Source of the DNA: an uncultured Dehalococcoidaceae bacterium
GTDB lineage: Bacteria > Chloroflexota > Dehalococcoidia > Dehalococcoidales > RBG-16-60-22
DNA: 28,247 nt
NCBI GenBank assembly: GCA_964489415.1
Contig: CAZAYK010000001.1
Coordinates: 7,324-35,570 of the forward strand
Direction of reading: 5' to 3'
The notes under the pieces are model-generated. The model made no database searches and was not told the origin of the DNA. It saw only the letters and a program-made list of their open reading frames with translations. The translations under genes and the position numbers were made by a program. Positions 25,811-28,247 of this stretch are shown piece by piece; positions within the stretch are counted from its first letter, which is position 1; every line of letters starts with the position of its first letter.

Positions 25811-25848
25811 ACTAAAGTATATAGGCTAAGGTAAGGGAGACTAAAGTA
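25811..25848. repeat. Direct repeats ACTAAAGTA / GCTAAGGTA / ACTAAAGTA
   Basis: Plus-strand copies start at 25811, 25825 (2 mismatches) and 25840. Confidence 0.6.
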
Positions 25849-27513
25849 CTATCTGGTTGTTGCCCGCTCCGCCTCAGTGGTTACCCTAACCGGAGGTACC
25901 GCCTCGGGCTTGCCGAGCAGTTGTGCCAGCACCCTTTCCGGGGGGTTGATGTGGGGGGGCTTGAGATGGGCGAGGTCAGCACCCTCGGCTTGCCGTTGTG
26001 CGGTGTAATTGGCAAAGGCACCGGGAGGCAGCAGGGTGACCTCTACCCGGAAGTTAATCATATCAGCCAGGTCATCATGAGCCGCTGATGATGTATAGGT
26101 GTCGTTGTCAAGGTGCAGAAGCTGCTGGTGGACGGCGGTGGCAATGTCGGTCTCGTTACCCTTAAAGCTGTCTTTGGGTTCAATGAGCAGGCGCAGTACC
26201 GGCTCCCCCGGTTTCTTAAATGCTGTCCAGTCTTGATAAGCAATTCCGGTATTCTCGATGGCCTGCCAGATCATCTTCTCGGTGAGCCGGATGACGACAA
26301 AATCAAGGAGCCCATCGGCTCGCCTGTCAAAGACCATCTGCGGGATATTAATGCCCAGTTTTTCATTGCGCAGTGAGGTTATCCTGACTATATCGCCGAT
26401 CCGGTAGCGGACCATAGCCCCGCCGTGGAAATTGGTGATGACTATCTCATAATTCTCCCCGGGGTTTACCTCATCAAGCAGCACCGTCTTGGGCTGGTAG
26501 CTGCTGTCCAGCTGCCGTTTGAAGTGCTCATCTTCCGGGATAAACTCAAGGAAGTTAAGGCTGGGGATGAAGGTCATGCTGCCATAATCCCAGGTCTGGG
26601 TGGCGACAATGCCAGCTTCAGTGCTGGCGTAAACATCCAGGGGGTATCTCCCCCATAATTCCTTGATTTTTTCTTTGTAAACCCAGCTGTCCAGCCCGCC
26701 ACTTATAATGCCTTTGACCTTCCAGATATCCCGGGGCAGTAGTGGGCGGCGGGCAAGCTTGCTCTTAATCAGCCCTTTAGTTAGCCGGAGGAGGGCCCGG
26801 GGCTGGGAGAGTAGGGGGAGGGGGTTTGGTTTATCCCGGGACTGGCTAAACCTTTCCCCAACCGCGGCCAGCACCAGAGACAGTCCGAAGAAGTAGTCAA
26901 GCCCCTCGGACAGGGCTTGCTGAAAGGCGAGCTGTATCCTTTCCTCAAAGGATAGCCTTTCCGCTTCTTCCAGGGGGGGCAGGTATTTGGACGGGCTTTG
27001 CAGTTCCAGCATCTGGGCCATGGTACCGGACATATACGGCCGGGGGGCTACGGTATAGACAATCTTGGGGCACTCCCTGAGCTGGGAGGTATCCCCCCGC
27101 CCCTTACATCCGGAGAGAATGCCTACGCCGTACATTACCGCGCTTAATTCTTCACAAAATGCCCGGGGCAGCGGTACCCACTTGCAGGGGTATTCGCCAG
27201 ACCTGCCCGAGGTGTGCACCCACATGGCCGGTTTGGCGGGTAATATGTCTTCTCTCTGCTCAGCAAGTTCCGGGCAATAATCAGCATAGGTGGTTAGCGG
27301 CACCCATTGCCGAAACTCGTCAACCGTCCTTGGTTTTGCCCCGCGCATAATCTTCTCGCCCAGCTTGCTGCGGTTTAACAGTTCCAGTTGTTCCAGCAGT
27401 AGGCGTCTCTGGATAGCCATGAATTGCTCAATATCCAGGCTGGTAAAGCCACAGCACATTTGCCATAGCTCTCCGTTCCTGCCCTGCTGCAGAAGCTCAA
27501 CTGCCCGTGGCAT
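25849..27513 (-). CDS. GH3-family (auxin-responsive promoter family) acyl-acid amido synthetase
   Basis: GH3/ANL motifs TSGRSGEYPCKWVP (P-loop), YASTEAG and YRIGD; also PLTTYADY, FLEFIP and YEIVITNFHGG. SD GGGAGGT before ATG. Confidence 0.88.
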   Translation of the reverse strand: MPRAVELLQQGRNGELWQMCCGFTSLDIEQFMAIQRRLLLEQLELLNRSKLGEKIMRGAKPRTVDEFRQWVPLTTYADYCPELAEQREDILPAKPAMWVHTSGRSGEYPCKWVPLPRAFCEELSAVMYGVGILSGCKGRGDTSQLRECPKIVYTVAPRPYMSGTMAQMLELQSPSKYLPPLEEAERLSFEERIQLAFQQALSEGLDYFFGLSLVLAAVGERFSQSRDKPNPLPLLSQPRALLRLTKGLIKSKLARRPLLPRDIWKVKGIISGGLDSWVYKEKIKELWGRYPLDVYASTEAGIVATQTWDYGSMTFIPSLNFLEFIPEDEHFKRQLDSSYQPKTVLLDEVNPGENYEIVITNFHGGAMVRYRIGDIVRITSLRNEKLGINIPQMVFDRRADGLLDFVVIRLTEKMIWQAIENTGIAYQDWTAFKKPGEPVLRLLIEPKDSFKGNETDIATAVHQQLLHLDNDTYTSSAAHDDLADMINFRVEVTLLPPGAFANYTAQRQAEGADLAHLKPPHINPPERVLAQLLGKPEAVPPVRVTTEAERATTR

Positions 27514-27520
27514 CTATACC

Positions 27521-27575
27521 TCCCAAGCTAAAACAGTAACAAATTTAACTATGGCAGGTGTCGCTTAGCTTGGGA
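27521..27575. repeat. Perfect 11-bp inverted repeat with 33-nt spacer covering the GH3 SD
   Basis: TCCCAAGCTAA (27521-27531) and TTAGCTTGGGA (27565-27575). Confidence 0.8.
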
Positions 27576-27576
27576 A
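27548..27576 (-). promoter_or_regulatory. Candidate promoter of the GH3 gene
   Basis: TTCCCA (27576-27571), 17 bp spacer, TGc then CATAGT (27553-27548); both hexamers match consensus at 4/6. Confidence 0.4.
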
Positions 27577-27665
27577 GTGATTGGGTTCTAGAACGCAGTT
27601 CTATTAGGGGAAAGTGCCCGCTTGCTGGTGAGGACAGGTATGTTGATGGTGGTATCGGGGGGTGA

Positions 27666-28022
27666 TTAGAGGTCGGTGGTGGCTTCTTTAGAATCGGACA
27701 GCTCTTGTAGCTGCTCCTTCAGCTCCTCGAGGCTTTGTGCCCGGGGCAGCTTAAATAGATCCAGCCCGTAGCCGAGGAAGAACTCGAGGAAATTGCGGAG
27801 TAGCTCCCTGACCCGGTGCATGAACTGGAAGAATTCTTCTCGGGTGATGTATTCGGCAGGGCTGGGGGCTTCACTGGGCTGTAATTGGCGATCAATGAGG
27901 TGATGGAGGTATTCGGGGCGGCTCATATCGCCCCGTCTTTGGTCAATCTTTCTGACCAGGGCATCATCAATGACGAGGATTGCCTGGTTTTCATCAACTA
28001 TAAGTACCCGATTCGCGGCCAC
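27666..28022 (-). CDS. Hypothetical protein with ribbon-helix-helix (CopG-like) signature
   Basis: ILVIDDALVRKIDQRRGDMSRPEYLHHLID fits the strand-helix-G.SR..Y-helix pattern; amphipathic helical C-terminus; GTG start with SD AAGGGG. Confidence 0.7.
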   Translation of the reverse strand: MAANRVLIVDENQAILVIDDALVRKIDQRRGDMSRPEYLHHLIDRQLQPSEAPSPAEYITREEFFQFMHRVRELLRNFLEFFLGYGLDLFKLPRAQSLEELKEQLQELSDSKEATTDL

Positions 28023-28066
28023 CTGGTGCCCCCTTGGCTAGGTATTATTTGCATTCTACCTTAAAT

Positions 28067-28075
28067 AAATATAGC
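28067..28075 (-). promoter_or_regulatory. Extended -10 promoter candidate for the RHH-like gene
   Basis: TGcTATATT on the minus strand; no recognisable -35; phased repeats lie just upstream. Confidence 0.45.
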
Positions 28076-28247
28076 ACCAGGGCATAAAGCCGAGTATAAA
28101 GGTAATAAACATTACATAAAGTTTTCATTAAGGTTTTGTTAACAGGGGCTGGGGCCGGGGGTAAAAAGGAATAGCCCGAAGACTTAACTGTCCTCAGGCT
28201 ATTAATCGGCGGTTATTGTTAACTGGGCAGTGGCTAGGCAGCGTTCT

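Noticed and set aside
1-28247. CRISPR array, tRNA/rRNA, transposase/integrase, prophage or defence genes
   Set aside because: By eye I saw no regularly spaced repeats, no cloverleaf/TpsiC signatures and no such protein motifs; covariance-model scans were not run.

Overview
A gene-dense, GC-rich bacterial chromosomal segment with 25 supportable protein-coding genes. I found no tRNA, rRNA, CRISPR array or mobile element. Gene content and protein style suggest an anaerobic Chloroflexota (Dehalococcoidia-like) genome; this is inference only. Left part is housekeeping: tilS (partial, missed by the ORF track), DUF2344, a CNNM/CorC transporter, nrdR-nrdJ with two tandem NrdR boxes on its promoter, folC, ribD, and a translationally coupled DUF1648-glyQS-sbcD-ABC exporter operon. 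The middle is a loose DNA-repair/phosphatase neighbourhood: DUF763, FmdB zinc ribbon, xth, two HAD phosphatases, DUF72, uvrC and a DRG-type GTPase. The right 6 kb is the best candidate for an undescribed system, a co-oriented cassette of four genes. It encodes an RHH-like protein, a GH3-family acyl-acid amido synthetase, a membrane-sensor GAF-GAF-GGDEF-HD-GYP protein, and a LuxR/NarL regulator whose receiver lacks the acidic pocket. The intergenic gaps carry candidate promoters, repeats and a Shine-Dalgarno-sequestering inverted repeat. I hypothesise an acyl-amide signal to c-di-GMP circuit. All family calls come from motif recognition by eye; no database search was run.
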